From Candidatus Kryptonium sp. (lineage in GTDB: Bacteria > Bacteroidota > Ignavibacteria > Kryptoniales > Kryptoniaceae), in the NCBI GenBank assembly GCA_025060635.1, contig JANXBN010000001.1:565284-629283 (forward strand): a stretch of 64,000 nucleotides of DNA, read 5' to 3'. The notes under the pieces are model-generated. The model did not search any database. It was given only the letters and a program-made list of their open reading frames with translations, and was not told the DNA's origin. The first letter of the stretch is position 1. Each line of letters begins with the position of its first letter. The position numbers were made by a program, and so were the translations under genes. Of the stretch, positions 51,577-60,212 are shown in pieces.

Positions 51577-51716
51577 CTTTTTAAGAGCACCTCCCACTCG
51601 TAATTTGTTTTTAAAAGAAAAAAGAATCCATTACTAAATTTTAAAAAATTGCCCCGCCGTAATGTTAATAGGGTTTAAGATGATTAATTCAAAAATGTAA
51701 CTCTTCTTTTTCGCCC

Positions 51717-54038
51717 TTAGCTTTTATCTCTATCAGCCCCGTAGTAATCGTAATATCTATAGTACCGATAGTATCTATAATATGTTCCATAGGTTGCGCT
51801 TGCATCAAAGTTATTTAGAAGAACACCAATTACATTTCCTCCCACGCGATGAATCATTTCTCTTGCTTTATCAACGACATCAATTTCTGTCTTTCCAGCT
51901 GATGCTACAAGCAAAACTCCATCAACCTGATTTGCAAGTATTAAAGCGTCTGTTACGGCAACAAGCGGTGGCGTATCAAAGATGATGAAATCATAGTTTA
52001 ATTTAAGGTATTCAATAAATTCTTTCATCTTCTCAGAACCAAGAAGCTCGGATGGATTCGGAGGAACAACTCCACATGGAACTAAATAAAGATTATCAAC
52101 ATCAGTTTGTTTGAAAATTGTATCAATTTCTGCTCTTCCAAATAAATAATCTGTAAGTCCTGGCTCTCTTTTTACACTAAAAACTCTATGAAGAACTGGG
52201 CGCCTTAGGTCTGTATCAAGTAGAACTGTTTTCAAATCTGCTTTAGCCATTGTAATTGCAAGATTTGAAGCTGTAGTTGATTTTCCTTCTTTTGGCGCAC
52301 TGCTTGCAACAATGATTGATTTAATTTTTCTATCAAGTTTAGCAAATTGTATCCCTGTTCTTAAAACTCTATATGCTTCAGCAACTGGTGATTTAGGGCT
52401 TAAGTGGGTTATTAGGTGAGCGGCGATATTTCTACCTTCATCTTTTTTAAGTTGCTTTCCATCAAGTTTAGTTTCAATTTCAATGATGGGTATCGCTGAA
52501 AGAACTGTAAACCCTTTCTTTTCGAGCTGTTCGGGGGTTTTTACCGATCTGTCAAAGAATTCTCTTATAAAAACAATTCCAACTCCAAGTCCAAGTCCAA
52601 TTATAACACTTAAAATTAAATTTAAATGAACTTTCGGACTTACTGGTTTTGGTTCGGGAGTTGCATAATCAATTATTTGAACATAGCCAAACTGTGACTG
52701 TTCAGCAATCATTGCCTCTTGATATTTTTCCTCAATTAAAAGATATAATTTTTCGCTACTCATCCTTGCACGCTCAAGTCGTGCGTAGTCGATCAGTTTT
52801 GAGGGTATTGTTTCAAACTTTTGGTTTAGCTGTGCGATTAATTTATCAAGTTCCTTTTTCTTTGCTTCATAGGCTGTTAATTCAATTTCCGTTAAGAGAA
52901 TTTTTTGCTTTAATTCTTTTACGAACCCAGTTGGATCATAAGTTTGGGTGCCTGGCGTTCCTGAACTTGCAAAACCCGTTTTTAAGAACTCAGATATTTT
53001 TTCTTGCAGCTTCTTTCTCAATGAGGCTAGTTGTTCATCTATTTCACGAAGACTTTTATCTAAAACTTCTTTGCTTCCAACTTTTGGATTTTGCGCAACA
53101 ATTTGGTCTCTCGTCACCTCAAGCTTTGCGATTTCCTCTTGCAAGTATTTGATATAAGGATCAAGCGCTTCTGTTGCAACTTTTACAAATTCAGGTTCAA
53201 TTTGCTTTATTTGTTCAAGATATGCATTTAATTTTTTCTGGGCTGTAGAAATTTCAACAATTGCTTCCCCGCGCTTTGATTCTAAATCAGAAAGCTGCTC
53301 TATTAATTTTCTTGATTCTTCATCAAGGGCGACAACCCCAGCGGATTTCATATATGTTTCAAGTTGACTTTCGGCTTGATCAAGTATTTTCTTCTTGTCT
53401 GCGAGTTGTTCCTCAAGAAACTTTCTCACGCTTCTTGATTCATTTCTGCTCATCAAAAGATTTCGTTCATAGTAAGCGTCCGCAAAAGTATTGGCAATTA
53501 AAGCTGCTTCTTTAGGATTTTTGCTTCTTGCTGTGATTTTTATTATATCTGCATCGCGCGGTGATTCAACTTTGACATTTTTTTCAAACCTTTCAAGTAT
53601 CGTTTCTATGCTTGCGAAGGGTTTTATTCCTTCCCTAAGATCTTTACGAGATGGAAGTATTACGAGAATCGTATCTTTTTTATTCTCTGGATCAATATAA
53701 ACTCTGTTAATTAGCTTCTTTGCAACTGCTTCAGCAAGAGAACGGCTTTTCAGTATCTCAATTTCATTTTTTATGTTTCTTTGTTCCGATAAACCCGTAA
53801 TGTCAAATGCTTCACTTAAGCCAAGTCCTTTTTTACCCTTCTCTATCAAGATAACAGCGGTTGATTCATAAATTGGATCTTGCATAAATGTAAAAATTGC
53901 TGTTGCTAATACAACAAGAATAAAAACAAGAATTATAAGCCACTTACCCCTGTAAAGAACTTGTATGACTTCATATAAATTTATTGTTTCCTCCTCAGGC
54001 TGAAAAAAAGGTTGCCCATTAGTACCTAATTTTTCCAT
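51717..54038 (-). CDS. wzc: Wzc-type polysaccharide co-polymerase / BY tyrosine kinase
   Basis: Two TM helices, periplasmic coiled coil, P.SP, EAYR.LRT, Walker A EGKST, DTDLRRP, FDTPP, Tyr-rich tail. Confidence 0.93.
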   Translation of the reverse strand: MEKLGTNGQPFFQPEEETINLYEVIQVLYRGKWLIILVFILVVLATAIFTFMQDPIYESTAVILIEKGKKGLGLSEAFDITGLSEQRNIKNEIEILKSRSLAEAVAKKLINRVYIDPENKKDTILVILPSRKDLREGIKPFASIETILERFEKNVKVESPRDADIIKITARSKNPKEAALIANTFADAYYERNLLMSRNESRSVRKFLEEQLADKKKILDQAESQLETYMKSAGVVALDEESRKLIEQLSDLESKRGEAIVEISTAQKKLNAYLEQIKQIEPEFVKVATEALDPYIKYLQEEIAKLEVTRDQIVAQNPKVGSKEVLDKSLREIDEQLASLRKKLQEKISEFLKTGFASSGTPGTQTYDPTGFVKELKQKILLTEIELTAYEAKKKELDKLIAQLNQKFETIPSKLIDYARLERARMSSEKLYLLIEEKYQEAMIAEQSQFGYVQIIDYATPEPKPVSPKVHLNLILSVIIGLGLGVGIVFIREFFDRSVKTPEQLEKKGFTVLSAIPIIEIETKLDGKQLKKDEGRNIAAHLITHLSPKSPVAEAYRVLRTGIQFAKLDRKIKSIIVASSAPKEGKSTTASNLAITMAKADLKTVLLDTDLRRPVLHRVFSVKREPGLTDYLFGRAEIDTIFKQTDVDNLYLVPCGVVPPNPSELLGSEKMKEFIEYLKLNYDFIIFDTPPLVAVTDALILANQVDGVLLVASAGKTEIDVVDKAREMIHRVGGNVIGVLLNNFDASATYGTYYRYYRYYRYYDYYGADRDKS

Positions 54039-54089
54039 GATGTTAAGAACAAAATTTGTTTTTTACCCGTGAACTAACAATTCATCTTC

Positions 54090-54118
54090 AATATAAAAAT
54101 TCAAACAATAAAAGTCAA
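54090..54118 (-). promoter_or_regulatory. sigma-70 promoter for wzc
   Basis: Minus strand TTGACT(54118-54113)-N17-TATATT(54095-54090). Confidence 0.65.
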
Positions 54119-54258
54119 GCTTTATCTGTGTGATGTGGATTACAGACTTAAAATTTATTGTATAATAATCCACACCATTTGTTTAATATTAGCCATTTGC
54201 TCTTAAAACTTGTGGCTTTAGGTAACTTAAAGATTTGAAAATTGCAAGAGCATATTAA

Positions 54259-54274
54259 TGGCACAGGGTTTGAA
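54259..54274 (+). promoter_or_regulatory. Probable sigma-54 promoter for the flhF operon (variant -12)
   Basis: TGGCAC-AGGGT-TTGAA; perfect -24 element, GA instead of GC at -12. Confidence 0.55.
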
Positions 54275-54321
54275 TATAACTAAATCTGGAAAAGTTTAAA
54301 CAAAAAGAATGCTGAAGTCTG

Positions 54322-55515
54322 ATGAAAATTAAAAAGTTTGTAGCACCAACATTGAAAGAAGCTACTGAGATGATGAAGAAAGAATTCGGGGATGACGCCA
54401 TAATTCTCGGAACGAGAAGAATTAAGCAACCTGGAATTTGGGGTTTTTTGAAACCGGAGTTAATTGAAATTGTTGGGGCAATAGAAGAGAATAGATTTCA
54501 AGAATCAAGAGTTGCTTCATACGAAGCTCCGAAAAATACGGTTGATTTGCTGCGAAGAATGACCGAAGAAATTGAAACAAAACAAAGGAGATTAGATGAA
54601 GACGAAAAAAATGAGGTTTTTGAAAAATATAACTATAGCATAATTAAAAGCGATCTTGAGGAGGTAAAGCAAGCACTAAATCAAATAACAGAACATCTAA
54701 AATATAGAAATTCAATTCAATATCCCCCTCTTTTGAAAAAAGCCTTTGTGAACCTCTTGGAAAAAGAGGTTGATGAAGATTTAGCTAATAAGATTGTGCG
54801 CACTGTTCTTACAAAATTAAGCGGAGAGGAATTAAAGAGCGAGAAAATAATTGAAAATGAGATAATAAATGTGATAGCTGACATTATTAAGTTTTCAAAA
54901 CCTGTAAAGCCGATCCGAAGGAAAAGCTTTGTGCTTGCCTTTGTTGGACCAACAGGGGTTGGGAAAACAACAACGGTTGCAAAGTTAGCTGCTATCTATA
55001 AATTGTTTGAAAATGCCAAAGTTGCATTGATATCAGCAGATACCTACCGAATAGCAGCAATTGAGCAGCTTCAAACCTTTGCCAACATCGCTAATATTCC
55101 AATGGATGTCGCTTATACACCAGAAGATATTGCAAGAATCATCCGAAAACATCAGGATAAAGACATAATTCTTATTGATACCGTTGGAAGAAATCAGAGA
55201 CAAACTGAGCATATCTCTGAACTTGCAAAATTTATAAAGAGCGCTGATCCAGATGAAGTTCACTTGGTTTTAAGTGCAACATCAAGTTACAAAAATATGA
55301 TAGATGTTTATAATAGATTTAAAGCCTTGGTGCCGAACCGATTGATATTTTCTAAAGTTGACGAGGCTGTTAGTTTAGGTTACATTCTTAATATCGCCTA
55401 TAAAACTAAACTACCCCTTTCATATATCACGACGGGACAAAATGTTCCAGATGATATAGCTGTTGCTGAACCTAAAGTAGTAGCAAACTTAATTTATAAG
55501 GAAGTTTTGCTATGA
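54322..55515 (+). CDS. flhF: Flagellar biosynthesis GTPase FlhF
   Basis: MKIKKF.A....EA...MK.EFG.DAII, GPTGVGKTTT.AKLAA, DTYRIAA.EQL, DTVG, KVDE, TGQNVPDDI. Confidence 0.96.
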   Translation: MKIKKFVAPTLKEATEMMKKEFGDDAIILGTRRIKQPGIWGFLKPELIEIVGAIEENRFQESRVASYEAPKNTVDLLRRMTEEIETKQRRLDEDEKNEVFEKYNYSIIKSDLEEVKQALNQITEHLKYRNSIQYPPLLKKAFVNLLEKEVDEDLANKIVRTVLTKLSGEELKSEKIIENEIINVIADIIKFSKPVKPIRRKSFVLAFVGPTGVGKTTTVAKLAAIYKLFENAKVALISADTYRIAAIEQLQTFANIANIPMDVAYTPEDIARIIRKHQDKDIILIDTVGRNQRQTEHISELAKFIKSADPDEVHLVLSATSSYKNMIDVYNRFKALVPNRLIFSKVDEAVSLGYILNIAYKTKLPLSYITTGQNVPDDIAVAEPKVVANLIYKEVLL

Positions 55516-56372
55516 TAGCTGATCAAGCGGAAAAGTTAAGAAGTGTCGTTCGGGAAAAGATAGAAAAGCGAAGTGGCTTAGCTCATGTGATCGCCGTAGG
55601 AAGTGGGAAGGGAGGAAGTGGAAAAACGAATATAACTTTAAATCTTGGATTAATTCTGAGCAAAAATGGGAAAAAAGTTCTACTTTATGATGCGGATCTA
55701 AACCTCGCAAATATTGATATTTTGCTTGGAATTACACCTAAATTTAGATTCCTTGACTTTATTAACGGAGATGTTCAGATAAGAGACATCTTAATTGAGG
55801 TCAGAGAAAACCTGGTTCTTATACCTGCAAATTCTGGGGTTGTGAATTTCCCAAAGATCCCGGGCGAAAGGTTAATTCAAGTGCTTGATGAAATTTTAAC
55901 ACTTGAACGAAATTTTGATTTCATTCTCATAGATACTCCAGCTGGAATATCTGATGAAGTTATAAAACTTCTCGGTTATTCGGACGATTACATACTTGTC
56001 GTCACGCCCGAGCCAACCTCAATAATGGATGCATATGCAGTGATAAAACTTGTCTATTACCAAACTGGGAAAGCAAATGTTAAGTTAATTGTTAACAATG
56101 TTAATAACTCTATAAATCCAATTGAAATTGCAAATAGACTATCTCTCGTCGCAGAAAAATTCTTGGGTGTGAAAATAAATTACATCGGTTCAATTCCAAG
56201 TGATCCATTCATCCCAAAATCAGTAATGATGCAGAAACCATTTGTTGAAGCATTCCCGAGATCTGGGGCTTCAATTGCTCTGAATAAAATTGCAATGAAT
56301 CTTTTATCCCTTGATAAAGTTAAAAAACAAAAATCATTTTGGGAGAGGTTTATAGAACTATGCGGGCTTTGA
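55512..56372 (+). CDS. flhG: MinD-like ATPase FlhG/FleN
   Basis: DQAEKLR N-terminus, SGKGGSGKT, DADL.LANID, DTPAG, TPEPTSIMDAY. Confidence 0.93.
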   Translation: MIADQAEKLRSVVREKIEKRSGLAHVIAVGSGKGGSGKTNITLNLGLILSKNGKKVLLYDADLNLANIDILLGITPKFRFLDFINGDVQIRDILIEVRENLVLIPANSGVVNFPKIPGERLIQVLDEILTLERNFDFILIDTPAGISDEVIKLLGYSDDYILVVTPEPTSIMDAYAVIKLVYYQTGKANVKLIVNNVNNSINPIEIANRLSLVAEKFLGVKINYIGSIPSDPFIPKSVMMQKPFVEAFPRSGASIALNKIAMNLLSLDKVKKQKSFWERFIELCGL

Positions 56373-56578
56373 TTCTACAAATTGGACTTCTTTTGTTTTT
56401 CGTTTCAATAATAACTCTCTGGTTGCAAGGGATAGATATAATAATTGCTGTTGCGAGATCGTTCGTTCTATTTGTCGCTGTAACTGGGCTCTTGTCTTTA
56501 GTTATGTATTTATTTGTCTTTCTGAAAAAGAGCGAGAAAAAAGAAGAAATTTCAACTCAAGAAGCATCAAAGAATTAA
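56360..56578 (+). CDS. Small two-TM membrane protein between flhG and fliA (start ATG 56360)
   Basis: MRALILQIGLLLFFVSII...; two hydrophobic helices and a charged tail; fills the operon gap. Confidence 0.6.
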   Translation: MRALILQIGLLLFFVSIITLWLQGIDIIIAVARSFVLFVAVTGLLSLVMYLFVFLKKSEKKEEISTQEASKN

Positions 56579-56608
56579 GAGCTTTAAAACTTTTACGGAG
56601 GGCTTAAT

Positions 56609-57385
56609 ATGTCCGTGAACTTTGCTAAAAGAGAACAAAATGAAACGGTTGAAAACCTTTTCGCAATATACAAAAAGACGCGTGATCCAGAAGTTAAGAA
56701 GAAGTTGATCACTCTTTATATTGATTTCGTTCGGGGCATTGTCAGAAAAATGGGCTTGAATTATTCTGGTGCATTGCTTGGTGAAGAAGATCTCGTTGAT
56801 ATCGGGATAATAGGTTTGAGCGATGCAATTGACAAGTTTGATCCAAAAATTGGTGTTAAGTTTGAAACATATGCTTATACGCGAATTAGGGGAAGCATAA
56901 TTGATGAGATAAGAAAAATAGACAATCTTCCGAGATCGGTTAGAAATAAACTTGATCAAATAGACAAGGCAAGGATAAAAATTGAGAACAAAGTTGGAGA
57001 TAGAGCAGGAGATTGGCTTGTTGCTGACGAAGCTGGGTTAACCATTGAGGAGTATAATCAAATCACAACGCTTGAGCATTCTTCTAAAAATGTATCTTTC
57101 AATTTAATGATAGGTGAGAACACGGAGCTCGGGGAAATGATAGAAAGCGATGATAAAAATCCAGAAGAAATTTTAATTGAAAATGAAATTAAACAGGCGA
57201 TAGCGGATGAGTTGAAAAAGCTTTCGGAGAAAGAGCGTCTTGTCATGGTGCTTTACTATTATGAGGAATTGACATTTAGAGAAATTGCCGATGTTTTAAA
57301 GTTAAGTGAATCAAGAGTATCACAATTACATACGAGCGCATTGAGGAAAATTCGTGAATCTCTGAAAAGTAAATTTTCATTTTAA
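56609..57385 (+). CDS. fliA: Flagellar sigma factor sigma-28
   Basis: DL...G.IGL.DAI.KFDP, FETYA..RIRG.I.DE.R, LYYYEELT..EIA.VL.LSESRVSQLH. Confidence 0.95.
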   Translation: MSVNFAKREQNETVENLFAIYKKTRDPEVKKKLITLYIDFVRGIVRKMGLNYSGALLGEEDLVDIGIIGLSDAIDKFDPKIGVKFETYAYTRIRGSIIDEIRKIDNLPRSVRNKLDQIDKARIKIENKVGDRAGDWLVADEAGLTIEEYNQITTLEHSSKNVSFNLMIGENTELGEMIESDDKNPEEILIENEIKQAIADELKKLSEKERLVMVLYYYEELTFREIADVLKLSESRVSQLHTSALRKIRESLKSKFSF

Positions 57386-57388
57386 ACT

Positions 57389-58264
57389 ATGCCGAAGATA
57401 AAGCAAAAAATTCAAAACATACTTCAACTTGTTCCGTTTCCAGCGGTAGCGATGGAAGTCATTCGGCTTGTGGATAACCCCAAGACGAGCGCATCTAAGC
57501 TTGGTGAGGTAATATCGCAAGATCAGGCGCTTGCGGCAAAAGTTTTAAGAGTCGCAAACTCTCCATTTTATGGTTTCCCGAAGCAGATCTCAACAATTAA
57601 TTTTGCGATAGTTGTTCTCGGATTTGAAACATTGAAGGAAATTGTTTTAAGTGTTTCGCTTACGAGCTCTCTTGCGAGTAAACTTGATGGTAGTTTTGAA
57701 CTTGAAAAATTCTGGCGTCATTCGCTTCTCGTCGGGATAACAACAAAACATCTTGCCAAAGATTTCGGCTACAGGGTTTCTGGTGAAGCTTTTACAGCGG
57801 GGCTTTTGCACGATATCGGAATCCTTGTAATAGCACAGTATTTTAACAAGGAATTTCAACAAATAGCTCAACTTGGCAAGAGGAGAGAATTTCCCTTTGA
57901 TCAAATTGAGAGAAGATTTTTGGATAATTCAACTCACTATGAGATCGGTTCGTGGCTTGCAGAGAGGTGGAATTTCCCAGATCAACTTGTTGAAGCAATA
58001 GCGTTCCATCACCAGCCACATTTAGCTCCAAAAAATCCAATTCTCCCAGCTCTAATTTATCTTGCTGAATATATATGTTTTAGATCAGGGATTTTAAACA
58101 TTGAGTATGGTGACCACGATGAATCTTTCAATGAAAATCTTAATCCCGTACTTGAAATTTTAAAACTTGATATTAATTTCCTTAACGATGGCTTCTTTGA
58201 ATTGTATAAATCTAAAGTTCAAACTGACTTTATCAAGAACCAAATTTTTTCCAATGAACTGTGA
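57389..58264 (+). CDS. HDOD domain signal-transduction protein
   Basis: DQ.LAAKVLRVANS.FYG, FW.HS, AFTAGLLHDIG, H..IG.WLA..W.FP..L..AI..HH. Confidence 0.92.
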   Translation: MPKIKQKIQNILQLVPFPAVAMEVIRLVDNPKTSASKLGEVISQDQALAAKVLRVANSPFYGFPKQISTINFAIVVLGFETLKEIVLSVSLTSSLASKLDGSFELEKFWRHSLLVGITTKHLAKDFGYRVSGEAFTAGLLHDIGILVIAQYFNKEFQQIAQLGKRREFPFDQIERRFLDNSTHYEIGSWLAERWNFPDQLVEAIAFHHQPHLAPKNPILPALIYLAEYICFRSGILNIEYGDHDESFNENLNPVLEILKLDINFLNDGFFELYKSKVQTDFIKNQIFSNEL

Positions 58265-59634
58265 TGCAAAAGAGAAATTTCGTGAAGTTAAATCCGGACA
58301 TAATAGAAGAACTTATTCCACAAATTGAAAAGTTCATTGAATCACGGGAAGTATATATCAAAGCACTTGAAAAAACGATTGATCTTTTGAAAAGAGAAAT
58401 TGACTTGAAGACGAGAACAAATACCGACTTCAAAGATTCAATTGATGAAATTCTCTTAATTCAGCGACTTTCAACAAAGATAAGCACCGCGCTAAACTAC
58501 GAAGATATAATAACAGAATTGATAGAACTTACAAGACAGATAATACCTGTGATAGATTGCAATGTCTATGTATATGATGACGAAGCAAAAAATTTTAAAA
58601 AGCTCTCTGAACGAGGGGCAAACTATCTTGATGCGATAATGGAAACTTATGTTGAAGATGGGATAATTGACTATGTTTTGAGAGAAAAAAGAAGCATTGT
58701 CTTGCCGGATATAAACACGACGCTTGATGAATTTGATGAAAAAAATTTCGTTATAGTTCCTCTTGTATTGAGAAATGAGGGAATCGGCGTTTACTTGATC
58801 CATACCGATAAAAAACAAAAAGATTTCACAAACCAAATTTTGCTTCTGCTTTCAATTCTTGCGAATCAAACCGCTGTAGCTGTTGAAAACTCAAGAAACT
58901 ACAATGCTCTTTTAAAAGCAAATGAAGAATTGAAGATAACGCAATCACAAATGATTCAAGCAGCTAAGCTCGCAGCGGTTGGCGAGCTTGCAGGCGGAAT
59001 TGCACATGAGATTAATAATCCACTTCAGATCTTGCTTGGACATGTTCAACTTATGCAGCTTGGACGAGATCTGCCGAAGAGAATTGAAATTATAAAGGAA
59101 CAAATTGAAAAGATATCCCAAATTACACGACGACTTTTGAACTTTTCAAGGAAAGTCCCCGAGGATTTTAAGTTTGAACTTGTTAATGTCAATTTCGCAA
59201 TTCAGGAGATGCTCACGCTTGTTAGTTATCAGTTTAAATACAATGACATTGAATTGATCTTGAAACTTGATCCAGCTTTGCCTTTGATCTATGGTAATAA
59301 AGTTTATTTACAGCAGGTCTTTTTAAATTTGATGATAAATGCTAAGGATGCAATGCCTAATGGTGGGAAACTTATAATAGAAACTCTTTCTGAATGTGAC
59401 AGGATAGTTATAAAGTTTACTGATACGGGCGTTGGGATACCACCAGAGATAAAAGAAAAGATATTTGAAGCATTTTTCACAACAAAAGGAAGCAAGGGAA
59501 CTGGGCTTGGTCTCTCAATAAGTAGATGGATCATAAAAAAGCATAATGGCGAAATAAAAGTTGAAAGCGAGGTCGGGAAAGGTTCAACATTTACGATAAC
59601 TTTGCCGTTAAATCCAGAGCAAGGTTTAAAATAA
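58261..59634 (+). CDS. Cytoplasmic GAF-domain histidine kinase (NtrB/FlgS-like)
   Basis: GIAHEINNPL H-box, QVFLNL..NA.DAM, DTG.GI, FFTTK, GTGLGL, GKGSTF; no TM segments. Confidence 0.92.
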   Translation: MMQKRNFVKLNPDIIEELIPQIEKFIESREVYIKALEKTIDLLKREIDLKTRTNTDFKDSIDEILLIQRLSTKISTALNYEDIITELIELTRQIIPVIDCNVYVYDDEAKNFKKLSERGANYLDAIMETYVEDGIIDYVLREKRSIVLPDINTTLDEFDEKNFVIVPLVLRNEGIGVYLIHTDKKQKDFTNQILLLLSILANQTAVAVENSRNYNALLKANEELKITQSQMIQAAKLAAVGELAGGIAHEINNPLQILLGHVQLMQLGRDLPKRIEIIKEQIEKISQITRRLLNFSRKVPEDFKFELVNVNFAIQEMLTLVSYQFKYNDIELILKLDPALPLIYGNKVYLQQVFLNLMINAKDAMPNGGKLIIETLSECDRIVIKFTDTGVGIPPEIKEKIFEAFFTTKGSKGTGLGLSISRWIIKKHNGEIKVESEVGKGSTFTITLPLNPEQGLK

Positions 59635-59677
59635 GTTTTAAATACACAACGAATTTGAAAATATAACTTGGATTGAA

Positions 59678-60208
59678 ATGATGGAAAAACTGGATGTTTA
59701 CTATCCGCTAATTTTAATCATAACTTTGACAACTACTTTTGTAGTTTTAGGTTTGTGGTTCATTTTTAAGTTTCTCAAAAAAATTGATGGTTCTCCAAGA
59801 TTGGTTAAAGAAAAAGAAATTCCTACCGATAAAAAATTTGTGGATTATCTAATTGAAGAAAGTTTGTCGGAGGATCCAAAATATATTCCTCAATTTAATG
59901 AAAAATTTGAAGTTTATCAGGAAGATGTGAAGGAAGTTAGCAATGAAAAAGATAGTTCAGGCGAAAACGAGGTTTTGAAGCTTGCAAGAAAATATAATGT
60001 CGTGCAAGGTGAAGTTGAACTGCTTTTGAATTTAAGGTCAAGAATTAAGAAGGAGAACAACTATAATAAAATCTTGGAGGAGATTGAGAAAGGAGCGGAT
60101 ATTAAAAAAGTGGCCAAAAAACACAAAGTAGGGTGTGGTGAGATCTTGGTTATTTTAAGTTTAAAAAATAAAGAACGGCGCTCGCTATGGCAAACAAAAA
60201 TGGAGTGA
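59678..60208 (+). CDS. Membrane-anchored hypothetical protein with two HTH-like DUF6115-type motifs
   Basis: N-terminal TM; LARKYNVVQGEVELLLNL and VAKKHKVGCGEILVILSL. Confidence 0.6.
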   Translation: MMEKLDVYYPLILIITLTTTFVVLGLWFIFKFLKKIDGSPRLVKEKEIPTDKKFVDYLIEESLSEDPKYIPQFNEKFEVYQEDVKEVSNEKDSSGENEVLKLARKYNVVQGEVELLLNLRSRIKKENNYNKILEEIEKGADIKKVAKKHKVGCGEILVILSLKNKERRSLWQTKME

Positions 60209-60212
60209 AAAT

